A stretch of 63,581 nucleotides of DNA, the filler included, from Dugesia japonica (taxonomy: Eukaryota): assembly GCA_001938525.1 (NCBI GenBank). It is 6 parts of 6 records of this genome, joined end to end, with 100 filler letters (N's around TTAATTAATTAA, not from the genome) between each part and the next. Parts side by side here need not be neighbours in the genome. Positions count along the whole stretch, not along the records: positions 8,845 to 20,192 come from MQRL01608225.1; positions 20,293 to 32,340 come from MQRL01640938.1; 4 more parts are not named here. The stretch is one strand, 5' to 3'. A program made the position numbers and the translations under genes. The notes under the pieces were generated by a model that worked only from the letters and a program-made list of their open reading frames with translations, was not told the DNA's origin and did not search any database. Position 1 is the first letter of the stretch; each line of letters opens with the position of its first letter. Shown piece after piece: positions 12,790 to 27,370 of the stretch.

Positions 12790-14120
12790 TGGCAGATACT
12801 TTTGATCCAAGAAAACACATTTTGTAAAACATTTCATTCCAATAGTTGGTGATCTTATTCTACAACAACCTCTACGTCAACCAATAAATCTTGAACAGAA
12901 GATTGATGAATTGATTGGGCATCTGATAGAAAGCAATATTATCAAAGAATGATGAAGTGATTGGAATTTTTATGTTAATTTTTGGTAAAAAGTATGGCGC
13001 GATCAGACTGTGCTAAGACTTTAGAATGTTGAATGATTCTACAAAAAGTTTTAAATCCCAATGACAGATCTATTCATCTGTAACTGTCTTTGAAGAAATA
13101 TTCTTCAATGGTATTAACGCTATATATCTAGAAATAACATCGATGATTCCTAAATCTCGGAATATGGTAGTGGCCCTGTTATATCGCAACATATCAAATG
13201 GTTCTGTCACTGTAAAGGAATTTTTGATATTGTATCTAATTTTATTTTCCTGCTTTCTCTTAGCACGTGGAATACAATTTGCAATAAATTTCTCCGTATC
13301 TTTTTTCATGTTTATCCATTCATTATATCTCTTGAAATTATTCAAAGTTTGTTTAGCGTTTAGATGGCCTCATCGTTCGTGAAAATATTTGAAAATGTCA
13401 TTAAGTTTCTGTTCATTATATTCTTAATGAGTATCTTTTAATTCATTGATTTGTCGATAACCTTCATCATTTGAATCGCTCTGGTTGTACTTTGACACTT
13501 TGAAAGACAAAAGAAGCTAAACTATAAAATAATAAATAAAGTATTAACAGAAATTAAGAATTCTGGTCTAAGAGTTATTCCGGAGAAATGTCAATTCATG
13601 CGAAAGGAGATCAAATTTTTGGGACACGTTATCAGCGAAGAAGGTGTCAAAACAGATCCGACTAAGATAGAAGCAATTAAGAACTTTGGTAAACCAAACT
13701 ACGTTTAGAAAATGAGAAGCTTTTTGGGAATTTGCAATTACTATCACAAAGTTTATTAAAGATTATTCGAAAAAAGTTAGATTGCTGGAACAACTGTGTA
13801 GTGGGCCGAGTAACAAGAAAATTGAATGGGCGAACAAATTAGGAGACGTTTTATATGGAATGAAAGAAGCACTAAAGATGTCTCCAATATTATGTTTTCT
13901 AGATATAAATAGAAAATTAATTTGGACACGGATGCGAGTTTCGATACGATTGGGGCAGTACTATCTCAAAGGGACAACGATGGACAAGAAAGAGTAATTG
14001 CATATGGGTCACACGCAGTGACGAGCCATGAAAAGGATATTGTACTACGCGGAAAGAATTACAAGCAATTTACTATTTTTGTATTCATTTCAAACATTAC
14101 TTATATGGGAAGAGATTTAT
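12790..14120 (+). mobile_element. Degenerate Ty3/Gypsy pol (RT-RNase H) with an inverted integrase fragment inserted at ~13070-13500
   Basis: IRLCxDFRMLN, EKCQFMRKEIKFLGHVIS, SFLGICNYY and DTDASFDTIGAVLSQ motifs; the minus strand reads LGIIDVISRYIALIPLKNISSKTV (integrase core). Confidence 0.9.
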
Positions 14121-14450
14121 AGCACTTCCATTTATTCCTGAAGAGGATTTGATTGCGACCTTTAAACACTTAGTTGAAAGTTCCTCCATTTTGCTAATTG
14201 ATTTTGCACAATACCTTGGAAAATACTATGTTAACCTCGAGTTTAATGGTTATTTTTGGAAAAATTCAAATGTTAGGTTTAAGGTTAATACTTAGAATTT
14301 TTATAATTCTGTTTTGTCTGTTCAGAAAAGGACAAACAATGCCGTGGAGAGTAGGCATTCACGATTTCAAAAGGCTTGCATTACTAAACATTCAACAAAT
14401 TGGAAGTTAATCTAACTCTTACAAAATAAAGAAAGTGTTAATTTCACAGA
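14121..14450 (+). pseudogene. MULE (Mutator) transposase C-terminal fragment
   Basis: ALPFIPEEDL...DFAQYLGKYY and RTNNAVESRHSRF resemble the MULE ALxFLP and RTNNxxEGWH motifs. Confidence 0.65.
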
Positions 14451-14974
14451 GACAATAAAATTCATGAATATTTATTAAACATTGGAATGCTTCTGGAAAA
14501 TAACTTTAACAATATATTCCATGGCAACAATTTACCATCACTGAAGAAAGTTTAAAAAAATAAAACCTTAAATTTCGTTATCAGTTTTTCATCAGTTCAT
14601 TAGTATAATAGTTTATTTTCTATTTTTTACCATTTAAACTATTTTGATTTATTTTATAATGCAAAGTTTTTATATGACAAAGTTTTGTATGAAATGTCTA
14701 GATACGATAAAAGTAGATGTGATACATTAAAATTCATCAAAATGAAAAGCCCGTACCATTTCGAAAAATATTCATTATAATAGAAATACAAACGTTACGT
14801 TTATCTCAAAAGAAATTTAAATTGAATAAAATCAAAATTTTAATTTCCAAAAATATATTTTTTCAAATTGACATCAAAGATTAAATAAAACATATTAAAA
14901 TGTCTCTAAGTAAAACATGAAATATAATACAAAATATGAATTGATATGCAATTACAGATATTATCTATCTGATA

Positions 14975-17795
14975 TTATGAAATCTTGTATTCAAATAGTT
15001 CACTGAAGTTTCCAGTGGACATAGTTCTATAATGTAAAAGAGATATGCTCAAATTAAGGCTTGATACATTGTCAACTTTATTCAAACTAAAATCAGGTTT
15101 AATAAGGCTCAATTTTTCAAAGATAAATTCATAATTCATTCTTAACTTAACAAGTTTAGAATTCATTGTTTTTATTTTAACAGATATTCTATTATCAGAT
15201 TTTTCGTAATGAATTTTCCAACATTGATTATTAAGCTTTTCAATTTTCAATATTTCTTTGGAAAATATATCCTCAATAACCCCTTCAGTCAGTAGTTTCA
15301 CTTCGACAATCGTTGGTCTATAAAGCAGATAATAAATACTGATTGAATGAATAAAATAAAACAGTTAATTAAAACAAGCAGAGATTATTTAATTCAATAT
15401 TTAGGTCCCACCATAACGGAAAAACTTTAAAGAAGAAAATAAAATAAATTGCATTTAATTGTGATATACAAACAAACAAGTTATTTTTATAACAATATCT
15501 AGTGAGGACAATATTTGCGCATTTTTTAAATTAGAAAATTAGTGTTGCATAACTAGGATTTGTCTTCTTAAAATCTAAAAATTATGTAATACAGAAAAAT
15601 GATCATGACAAATCAAATCAAATAAAATTGTAGAATATCAATATGATAAATTAAATATGATATGAAAAAACAAACTTCAAATTGTTGAATTTATCAATTT
15701 ATTATGGATTATTGTTAATTAGCAAAATCACTGAGAAAAATAAATAATTCCATTTTAAAATGTATTTTTTGACGAATCTTCAAAATTTGAAATGAAAACC
15801 AATCAAAGCTAAAATTTTAAATGAGAACTTTATGTTAAGCACAACGAGGCAGTATTATTATTATTATTACTGTGAGTATCGGATTCATGAATTTCGGATG
15901 TCTGAGATTTTTTATTTTTTATATTTAATATTAAGATTGGTTTTTTGAAAGGTTGAAAAATAAATAAATATATATGTATAACAAAGGTATTTTAAATTAA
16001 AGTTAAAATTTTACATTGCGTTAAATTATAAAATTTTAAAAAATCATTTTCTAAAATGAGGTTGAAAATTATTATTTTGGAATTTAAAAGAACCAATATT
16101 TTTGAAAAATATTTTATTAAGATTTGTTTGAAATTTGTGAATTGTTATTTCATATTTTAATTTTTTAGAAAAGACTTGTAATAATCAATAAACAATTTAT
16201 GGAGACTTGTAAGACTTTAAATTTAACTAATAATTACTATTACGTATAAATCAATAGAATAATCAGCAGAACATTTCCAATTGAAAAATCATCCTGTTAA
16301 TGATCCAACATAAATATTATAACAATTATTCAAATTTATAACTATTTATAATTATTCTTTATAAATTAATTATTAAAATTATTATTAATTATTATCAAAT
16401 GTGAACCAATCACATTGCGATCTTATTTATCCAAAATTACAGAGGTTGGTTTCACCAAGCATCATCGAATAGGAATTATTTGGAATTATGATAATAATTC
16501 AAATTTATAACTATTTATAACTTTATTTATAAGATTCTTTTATAAAAATATATTGGCGAGGAACACTTGGAAAATTAATAAAAGATAAGGCATGGATAAA
16601 AACGTTGAAATAAAACAAAATAATAGACGATTAATTTACACTAGAAAAATAAATGATGATTAAAAGAAATTCCAATGGAATAAGAAAATATATAAGAATA
16701 AATATTAGAAACAAATAAATTATGACGGTTTGTAAATGAGATTTTAGTAGTCTAAAAATTTAGCAATTGTCTGAAAAAATAAACTAAATTTTAAGGATTA
16801 AAAAAAATAAAATTGGTTTACAATTTTCCAAAGTCCAGTTTAATTTTTCCTCAAGAGTGCGTTTTATTCAAAATTTCTTTTCTTGTTACATTTTCATAAT
16901 TATTTTATAATTTGATGCAAAACTATACAAAATATTTTTTATAAAAACAACGGTCAATTTTAAAATTTAATTTATCTTTCTGCTGAACTAAGATATTTTA
17001 GTTCTGTTATACCTTCAAAAAGTTTAATTACATTAATTTTTTAAATAAATTAAAATCTACATGAAATTTACGGCCATATCTCTACAGATACATTGCTGGA
17101 CTTAACCACTGATCGCATCTGAGATTTCATTAAATTAAAAACTTCGATAAACGTTCTGTTTTGTTTCTTTTTATTTCACTTTTGGTAGTTATCCGCATGT
17201 TAGATTATCGTCTTCTTCAAGATTTATTGATATTAATGAAAAGGAATTTAAAGAAATATTTATATTAACGTTTATAACTCGAGTGTTACAGACAAATTCA
17301 CATAAATACAGATGTAGGAAATTATATATATTATTTACAACGGTATTAAATTAAAAATTAATTTAAATCAAAATGTACTAAAATTGTTATAAACTTCTTT
17401 TCAGCTAAAAACTAAATTCCGAAAATCAAATATTGAAACATATTAACAAACATAATAATATATTAACTTTGAATATAAAGTAAATTAAAATTTTAATACT
17501 TGTTAACTTCAAACCAAATACTCGTTAGTGTGAAGTCAAATTGTATATTCGGAACTTGAGATATTGCCCATCGAGCTTGACATTTAATAAGCTTTTCTTG
17601 AACATTATTAAAAGGTGCAAAATATTCGAAAATTGGAATTGAAATTCTATTAGATATTTGAAACTTCACTTTCGACAATGATTCATTCGATAAACATTTT
17701 TTTAGGTATCCAGTGTTGATTGCAATAGAATATAAATTGTTATCAATTCTCTCTAATCTAATACAAAAGATTTCATTGACGATCATAATTTTCAA
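14975..17795 (-). CDS. Possible exons of an unidentified host gene (14975-15317, ~17073-17200, ~17500-17795)
   Basis: Three same-strand open stretches with plausible GT/AG boundaries in low-complexity AT-rich DNA; no family recognised. Confidence 0.3.
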
Positions 17796-17898
17796 AACTA
17801 TTATTTTAAAATTTATTTCAAAAAATGATGATAAAAATATCCTTTAAAACATTTCCTATAATGATTAATCAATATAAAATGCTATGAAGCATAGTCTA

Positions 17899-19151
17899 TT
17901 GGGTTGTCGGAAAAGTCATGACGTATATTCGTAACAGGGTTTTTTACAGTCACATTTATTATGTCATTGAATATCTTATTTACAATATTATTTAAAGCCT
18001 GATAGTTTTAAGTTCATATTTTAAATAAATCAATTTTTAAAGTGATTCATTAAAGTTTGTAAATTTTACAAAACTTTGAAGATGGAACAACAAAGTTTGT
18101 ATTTTCGCCATATTTTATTACATTACTTTCGAGGGAAGAACACGCGTAAAGCTTGTAAAAAGCTACACAGTTAAAGGTGACAAGGCTTTACAAGAACGTC
18201 AATGTCAACGATGTTTCACAAAATGCCATGCTGGTGACTTTGGTATATACAACGCCCCTCGGTCCAGAAGACCAACTGAGATCGATGCCGACAAAATAAA
18301 GATATTGATTGAGTCAAGTCACCATTACATGACAGGAGAGATTGCTGACGTATTGAACATCTACAATTCAACCATTCATGAATGTTTGAAGAGGCTGGGA
18401 TACATAAAGAAGATGAATATTTGGGTTCCTCATGAACTCAAGGAAGTTCATTTGACGGCATGCATAAACATCTGTTGTTTAATCATTAATCGCTAGAAAA
18501 ACGATCTTATCTTAAAGCAATTGGTAACGGGTAATGAGAAGTCGATCGTTTACAATGACTTGGTGTACAAACGGTCTTGGTCACGGCGCGATGATCCGCC
18601 TCAAATGAAATCGAATGCTGAAGAAGAAGCTTGTGGTGGAATGTTAAACGTGTCCTGTTTTAGAGTGTCTACCAAGGAACCAAACTATCAATTCGGAAAC
18701 GTACTGTCAACAATTGTGCAGTTTGAGTGAATCCTTCATACAGAAACGTCCAGAGTTCGTTCATCATAAAGGAGTTGTGTTGCATCACGATAACGCGAAA
18801 CCATAAACAATTTTTATCATTGTCAAAAAATATTGGAGTTTGGATGGGATGTACTGTCACACCCACCATACTCAGGTGATATTGCACCAACAAACTTCCA
18901 TTTATTTTGCTCTCTTCAAAACTCCTTTCGTGGTGTAACGCTCAATTAAGATGAAGATATAAATTTGGATCTTGTTCAGTTTTTTGCCAACAAAGTCTTT
19001 CTATGACAGAGGAATTATGAATCTTGCTGAAAGATGACAAAAATTTATTGAGAAATAAACAATATATTATTGATTGATCTATGTTCTTTATATAAATAAA
19101 TATACTTTTTAAAACATAGAAAAACGCGTCATGTCTTTTCCGACAACCCAA
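17899..19151 (+). mobile_element. Full-length, non-functional mariner (DD34D) element, 1253 bp
   Basis: TIRs TTGGGTTGTCGGAAAAG.CATGACG at both ends, TA duplication; transposase motifs WVPHEL, VTGNEK (TGDEK), LHHDNAKP and HPPYSGDIAPTNFHLF, with stops and frameshifts. Confidence 0.95.
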
Positions 19152-20807
19152 TAAAATAATTTATAGCAGAATTAGTAATTTTGCATTCAATTTCTGTGAA
19201 ATCAAAGAAGTTGCTATCTTGGTTTTAATCGGTAATTATTGTAGTGAATTAATTTTTTGGCTTCTTTCAAAATTTTCAATTAATATTTGATTTATGAAAT
19301 TTAGATTTTAACAATTTCTATTTATTGGTTGCTTTACACATACATTATTCTCGATATCATATTTTTTGTCAGAAAAATACTTAAAAGTTAGTCTTGAAAT
19401 GTACAATTTAATAATCGTTTAAACCCGCCAAAATTAAATTTACTGATCTCACACAATGGTGTTCTTCAATGTAACTGTTATAACTATTTGGTTTCTTATT
19501 TTTATTTTCAATTGTTGAGTTTTGACGTAATTATTTCAGTGTTAATTAATAATTAATAGTGTATATTAAATATTTATCTTGAATTTATTTAATTAATTAT
19601 TTGTCTTTAAGATATTTTTTCAGGAATCTTTATTAGGAAAAATTAAAACTATAAATCGCTTTTAAAATGGAGAGAAACCATGTATTTAGAGACATCAAGA
19701 TCTTAAGCAACTTTTCTAACTATTTCGTGAGTGCCGGCTTTAAACGTTGCCTTCGACTCCTCATTATTTAACCGCGTAAACGGTCTGCACTGTCTTTATT
19801 TTTTCTAGAAACACTGAGCCAAAATTGTCTTGTATATTCTTTTACATTATCTTTGATTCATTTTATGTTTTGACTTGCCCACATTACATTATGATTCAGT
19901 TTAAATTCATAAAAGATACAAACTCGAATTGGTTCTTTTGTCATATCTTAAAAATTACGAAAAATGAAATTCCATTTTTTGCGAGCAGTGTTGAAAAGCA
20001 AGTTGAAATTTTTGTGTGATTTGTGATCTTATTTTTAAAATATTTTGTTTAAAAAAGANNNNNNNNNNNTGGACGAAAAATTTAAATAAACAAATATTTG
20101 GTTTAAGGATAAATTAAAATTATTGAATATAAGTTTAACTTTTTAATAAATTAAATTTTAAAGTAGTTAAAATTTTATCGTAAATTTTTAAANNNNNNNN
20201 NNNNNNNNNNNNNNNNNNNNNNNNNNNNNNNNNNNNTTAATTAATTAANNNNNNNNNNNNNNNNNNNNNNNNNNNNNNNNNNNNNNNNNNNNGAGGTCGC
20301 GAGGATATCGGCTAGCAGGAATCGGAATCTACCAGCTGATTTTGAGTACCCCTTTGACGATCTAATAATGAAACTCTTCTAAGGCAGAGATTAATTCTAA
20401 GAGAACACGATACACACCAAATACGGAGTGGTGGACTCCTTCTTGCACTGGAAATGCGTAAGGTTATCACCGACCAAACACGAGCTAAACTCAGTCGACG
20501 CTGATCACATTATAAGTACTAACGAAGCCTAGCGTTACTTAACGTTCCGAGATCGGATGTACCCTACAATGCACCCCTGCACTGTTCCCCTAACAACCCT
20601 ATCAAACGCGTAACATGCGAACGAATTGTACGCTGATATCCACATATTTCAAATAATAACCAAATCTGTAGCTAATTAACTGAATGCTGAACAGAATTGA
20701 TTGGATAATTGAGTGATTAATTAATTAATTAATTTTAATTACATTTAATTAATAATAAATAACAAATAAATTCATTAAAAATATGCATTAAAATGAAACT
20801 CTATTTT

Positions 20808-21035
20808 TTAATTTTTTGTTCTTTTACGTTTTTTGGCTGGAACTTCGACATCTTGTTCAGATTCTTTCTGAATTTCTACTTCATCTGTTTCCATTTTCCC
20901 CTCTACTTCATTTTGCTCGGATCCATTTAAATTTTCCATGTTTTCTGGAATATTTTCATCGCTTTCTTCATCACTTTCATTTTCTCCGTCTTCTTCAACT
21001 TCTAAATTCATTTCTTTCAACACTATTTCAAACAA
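20808..21035 (-). CDS. Acidic low-complexity ORF or terminal exon ending in a monopartite NLS (PAKKRKR)
   Basis: E/D/N-rich 75-aa ORF ending VPAKKRKRTKN; upstream exons uncertain. Confidence 0.35.
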   Translation of the reverse strand: MFEIVLKEMNLEVEEDGENESDEESDENIPENMENLNGSEQNEVEGKMETDEVEIQKESEQDVEVPAKKRKRTKN

Positions 21036-24000
21036 TAATTAATGTTTAATCAAAATATTTCATGTACGAGATTTATATTTCTTTGCATCTTTACTTCTAA
21101 CTTCATTAATAGGAGTGTATACTTGATTTTCTTCTTTACATTTAAACCCTAAGATAAATTTNNNNNNNNNNNNNNNNNNNNNNNNNNNNNNNNNNNNNNN
21201 NNNNNNNNNNNNNNNNAAAGTTATATCCATTAATGTGATTGTAAATATCTTTGTATGAATAGGCAATAAATTTACATGTTAATTCACAATATAATTCATT
21301 TTTTCTACAAAAGATAAGGAAATATATACATTTATAACATAATACTACAACTCACTTAGTTTTTAATAAAAATCGGCTGTATTGTTTGTAAAGATGTTCG
21401 GTTCTTGCCAAATTGAACTTTTTCCCTTTTAAATATCTCTCAATGTCATTTTTGTTGAGCGACATTTCATGTCCAGTAAGAGTACAAACTACCTAAAACC
21501 AAGTATCGAATTATTAATACGTTATTTTCAAAAATTTACTCTATTTTTTATTTCATTGTATTCTAAATGCTCATTTAACTGAATTATACTTTTTATTTCT
21601 TCATTCATTTTAATGAAATTTATAATGATAATATTAACGTGATAATATTATTTAAACAATCTTATTAAAATAAAAAAATATTTAATTAATATTGAAACAA
21701 AATATTTTAATCTAATATTACACTTTAATATTCTAAATTTTACTTTTATTTAGTTTCTTTTAATTTATTTAATTTCATTTAAATTCTTTTTCAAAAAACC
21801 TACCTTGGAATTTACTTTAAAACTGTAACATTATACTTTTTTACTATTGAAAAAAAATTAATTTTTAAAACTTTCTGAAAGATGTATTTTACAATTTTAA
21901 TTAAGTATAATACAGAGTTTTTAAATTGATAACTAAATTTGCAAAATTAACAAAATTATTTAATATACTTTTAACAGACAGACCTATTTAATTATCATTT
22001 TCTAGGTGGCGATCTTCAGTGACTCTGGATAGTTAAAAAGATCAATTGTTTAATTGCACCCTTGTTCAAACATTCATTATACGACTTCGATATTCAACTA
22101 GATCTTAAATTCTTTTGCGATACACTTCAGACTAGATAAATCTATGGATGTTAAATCCAGTTAAAGTAACCCATGAAATGTTGTTCATAACGTCATGGCG
22201 CACCATCTTTTTGAAAGATTACCGTACCAAGAATACTATTTTAAACAAATTAAATTTCGAGAACGTATACGGTTGTTATGATTGTAGCCATCAGACAAAA
22301 GAAGGGTCCTGAAACTTTAATCTTAGTTATAACAAGCCGCGCATTCACTTTGAGGGTGTCTCGTTCTAATTCAATATATGCATGTGGCTTTTGGTTTCGA
22401 AATATATAAGTTATGTCTATTGACCTTTAAGGCTTCTTCATGATTGAACAAAATTTTGTAAAAGTCTATTTAGACATCGAGCTTAATCGTACATTAATGT
22501 TCTTTGTTGATATTCTCATTTGTGTGTGTGTGTGTTATGAATGTAACAGCTTTTTTTTAAATCAAAAATAAGGATATCGTTGTTTGTGAAAATTTTTATC
22601 TCCGGATGATCTCCGAATCAATAATTTTGAATCATCTTCAAGGTCTTGTTGATACGAGGTCATGACTAGTTTGTACGAGGGACCGTTGATCCCAAAAATG
22701 GATCAATTGTTAATGTAATCAATAAGCTCATGACAGTGATCAAGTTGATTAAGTAAATTATTCTAACAAACTATCTAGTGTTACAAAATGTTGTTGGTGA
22801 TTTCAGCATTGAGATTTCCCCCGACTATCGCATCTAATAAAAGCAAAACTAATTTTAGCGACATTATTAAAAATAATAATTTGTCCACTTAATAATAACC
22901 GCACCCATAATGATAATAATATTAATAATGTTATGAGCCATTTTAACAATTAAGTTAATTAGAATTTAGGAACAATAATAATATTAATAATATTGATAAT
23001 AGTGATAATAATACTAATAGTAATACTTATAATCATAATAAGGATAGTAGTCATAATGGTATTACGGTTAATAATAATAATAATGATAATAATCATAGTT
23101 AATAGTTAGACGGTAGTAATATCGTTGACCAATCCATAAGATATTATATCCTTAATATTTGACGTCATTCATGTTACAAACGATACTGATTTCTCCATAA
23201 TTTAATCAATGACCTAAGAAGAATCTACTATCAATAATATGCCCATCGGATGAATCACCGGCCAACGCTCTAATCCCAAGTTCAATATTCGTTTTAAGTT
23301 TTCCGGACCAACGTTCACTTGGATTATTAATATTTTCAATAAGGCCCATGATCAAGAGTACTCAGGTTGAATATAATGCAGATAATAGATTAAACAAATC
23401 GAGTGCTTATTCGTGTAACTACATTATCAACAATGCCGACTGGTTTAGAAATTATATTCCATTCATAAAACAACTAAGTGATATCTAGATAACGGAATTA
23501 ACTGTAACTGTATTCGGGGAATTAAATCCAACAAAATCATCGCCAACATAGCTACTAGGATGATGTAATTAGTCATCAGTGAGTGTGTGTGTGTGTAGTT
23601 TGAAAGTTGAAGTAACCAACTGTTTGCTGCAGTAACTACGAAGCACTTTTTCCATTAAGGTCAATTAAAGCCGTACTCTGCTAATTTACTTAGTGTTAGA
23701 CAACCTACACTATTTACTGCAGAATTTCAGTGATTAATATTATCTCCATGTAAGGCAGTTAGAGTATGATTATTGTAGTGTGTTTGTATCCGAGTTTATA
23801 ACGAGAGAGTGTTGCTGATCAGGTGAAAAATGAGAGGAGAGAAATCAGGAGGGGGTTTTGGTCGATGAATTTACTTATCATAATTTTATCGAGACAATTT
23901 CTGCACGCATCTGTGATCGAAATTCACGTAGTAACCAGATTACTAATTCTGTAAGTTTAGTCCTGAACAAAAGGGCATACATTGGGCATTTATTCATATT

Positions 24001-26029
24001 TAGTAATAATAAAATTAATTCTAAAATTCTTTTTTAGACAAAATTAATCATCTGTAAATCAGTAAAAAATTTTATTAAGATTTTCATCAAATAACAAACA
24101 CAATTAACATTGAGAAACAAGAATTTTTTGCTTACTTTCAATCTTAATTTATTCTGCAACGGGAACAATTTTCAACTAAATCTACTATCGATTTCTGCTG
24201 CGAATATTTTCTTCCGATACTGGGGAAATGTTTCACCCCAGTTTTGGTTCAAAATGCATACTTTTCATTGGTTCTGGTGCTAATTTTCAAAGTTTTTCGT
24301 AGAGTTTTAGAACTCTTATTGACCGCTATTTTTAAATTGCCATGTGATGTTCGGGTCTTTGTGCTATTTTTATTTTTCAGCTTCTTATTAGCCCGTTTTT
24401 CCGATCCTTATAGGGGTCTTCCTGGTAATGACACGATTTTCTCATTACCGAATCTTAATGTCCCCGATCTTTTTCTTTCCAGTTTTTCTTTCCCCGAGTC
24501 TCTGCGCTTATCCTGAGCAAAGTTATTCGTAAAAATGTATTTTTTGACTAATTTTAATTTATTTTCTGATAAAATTAATTAATATTTCTTTACTAATTAA
24601 TTATTTTCTTTACTAATTAATTATTTTCTTAATAGTAATTTTCCTGTTTTTTTATGATAAATTCTATTTTTCCTTAATTAACAATGAATTATTGGGCTCG
24701 AATTTATTCCGTTTGAGATTCTTTTTCTGTCATGTATCTTTTCCTTGGTTTTTTCTTTAACATAGGTGCCATAGCTTTTATCCGATTCGCTATGTATTCT
24801 GGTCGATTTGCCTTTCTAAATTCTTCCACTCTATTTCTGAATTTCATCTTTCGGTTTTTTATTTTTCTTCATTAACCGGTGTTTCACCCCAACAATAATA
24901 ATAACTTAATTTAGAAAATATTAATAAATACCTAAAATTTAAAATAGTAAGTTTTAAAGTTTACCGAAAGTAGTAACACTTTTTTTGTTAAATTTATCTT
25001 ATGTTAAGAATTAATAAATAGGTAGATAACACTTACATAAATAATGATGAAATATAAATAGTGGTTGCAAAAATTATTATATCGCACAACTAATAAAATA
25101 ATAATATTTGTTTACTAACAATATGAGACACAGATATTAAAATTTTAAAGTTTTTAGCAAAAAAACGAGTTTAATTGGAAAATTAATTTCTTGAAAAAGA
25201 AAATTCGTGAGGTAAAAGTTCAAGTATTTTAAAATTTTAGTAATTTAAAGTAGTGAAAAAATCAGCATCATAAGAGGTCACTGCTACGAGGGACACAGAT
25301 GAACAACTTTTCCTAATGTATATTAAATAAAGCGGTTCCAAACTTTAATGGTCTGGAGTTTTTTTCCATCAAATCAGTGAGTCAAAATTGTTAAGCACTA
25401 CTGACGGAAAATCTTTAGGGTTATAAGTATTTACTGCACTTCTTTTTATTAAATTTCTAGAGTAAGTTTACCTCAGTGCAGACCTAAAACTAAGCATATT
25501 TTGTAGTTGAATTATTTTATATTTGAAATGTTTATTTTTTTATAAAGTCTAGATTTGTTCATACATAATAAAAGTGCCATTTAAAAGAATTCTCGTGTTT
25601 GTTTATTGAATGCATAATTGTTTATTATTTTATGATTTATAATAAATAAATAATAAGTACCTAATAATATTAAGTAAATAATAAAATATGAGTCAGAGAA
25701 AATCTTCTTTAGATATCTTTACACACGAAAATCTAACATTAATATAAAATCCAGTTCCTGCACATTAATCGTCATTGACGTGAGTCTTAAATAAAAATAA
25801 CAATTTGCATAACACTGTTTAAAAGAGAAAAAGATTTTGTTTTTATAACATGAGTCAAATTGTCACCAAAGAAATAAACAGGGCCTGTAAAAGCTACTAA
25901 AATACCCAGTGCACGTCCAATGAGTGGCCTACACTAACTCAAATAATAGTAATTTTTGACTACTTAAACGTTATATTTTGGAGACACTGGCCAAAAGACA
26001 TTTTTTAACCCATTTTTGACATATGAAGG

Positions 26030-27370
26030 TTTATAAGTTGAGTTGGGTTTCGAGGTTTTTGATGTTGTTATTTTTTCATTGATACTTTCCATTGATTCTC
26101 TTGTTTGTTATTCTTCTTGATATTGTTATTCTTTATATTACAATCTTTTAGGAGTAGATACAACAAAGCCAGCAGAAATTTGACAACCCCTCGTTCATTG
26201 TACCATCTACCCTGAGTCCATGTGGGACTATGCGGTATCCCGTATTTGTTTTATTCTTTCATCTTTGACTGCAGTTATTTCTTTTGATTATTTGTTTCTT
26301 AGGTCTGAAACTCTCATAAAGATGTCTATTATAAATAAAAATATATTTACATAAAAATTTATAATTCTTCAATGATTATGACTTCCGTTCTGTTTTTTCG
26401 AGAGACTAATTTATGGACTATTGCTATAATGACTCTTTTTTAAACTGCATAAGGCTTCATGGTCTCGGCCAAATCTCATTCCTTGAGTTTGGTATTATTT
26501 TCATGCAGCCAGTATTTGTTTGCTTCAACTTCAATAATTTCGCTTGCAACTTCTTTTGCAAGGAGCACCACTTTTTTTCTTAGTTCTGCCATTGATGTAG
26601 AATCACTTATTGTCGACTCTAAATCGAAATATAATATGTTAAATCATATTTCGACATAAAGTGAAGGTAATTTATGATTATCTGGTTATTATATTCATCA
26701 TTATTTGAAGCATTAATGAACAAAAGAAATTTTTTAATAACGCTTATTAAATACCTGATAGCAAAAACAAGAGAATAGTTTTACAGAAAAATTATATTGA
26801 CAGCAACAAATAGGATCACATATCTGTCACAATTCCATCTAGTGCAAGAAATATTGATTGAAGTACCGCCTCGATATAGGTCATCAATTTCTCGGAGCAT
26901 TTCTGGCATTCTTCAATCTCTAAAGACATGCTTTCCTTCTTCTCTATTAATCCTATCTGCTGTCGTAGATGTTGCTTGATGCGACCGAGGATATTCTCGA
27001 GTTCTTATTCTCTTTCATTCTACGAAATAATAACCTCTGTAAGTCCTTCCTGACATTTTCCCTCGCGCATTGTGGAAACTATCGACAAAACCTACTGGTT
27101 GTCGAGTCTCATCTAAAAATTGTTAAGTTCGGCGATTTTCTCCAAGTTTTTTTATTTCTGTAGCAATAATTTCTCCTTTGGAGTTGCGACCTGAATCTCT
27201 TTTTAATGAAGTTGATCGTTCATTATTTACCAAGACTAGGAATTGGTTCCCTCGAACCCCAGTTAATCCCATGAATTTGGATTCTCATTTGTTTGGTTAG
27301 TATAGAAAGACCAGCCCTCATTACTTAATGCTAACTCAGCTTCAACCTGAACCATTCGACGTGACATCTA
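26030..27370 (-). other. Unclassified repeated cassette, copy 3 (degraded ORF1 ~26850-27330, ORF2 ~26430-26620, structured motif 26145-26248)
   Basis: QQHLRQQ...EIEECQKCSEKLMTYIEAVL resembles copy 2 QQHLIRTM...EAEEFTKLTERLLTRVETTL; KLKE*DLA resembles KMKERDLA; GCATAGTCCCAC shared with copy 2. Confidence 0.55.

Noticed and set aside
14535-14590. CTGAAGA...hairpin resembling a hammerhead
   Set aside because: Lacks the GAAA core (TAAA instead) and the stems are weak
17493-17795. Cadherin-like motif LYSIAINTGYL
   Set aside because: No LDRE, DxD or DxNDN calcium-binding motifs nearby; insufficient to name the gene
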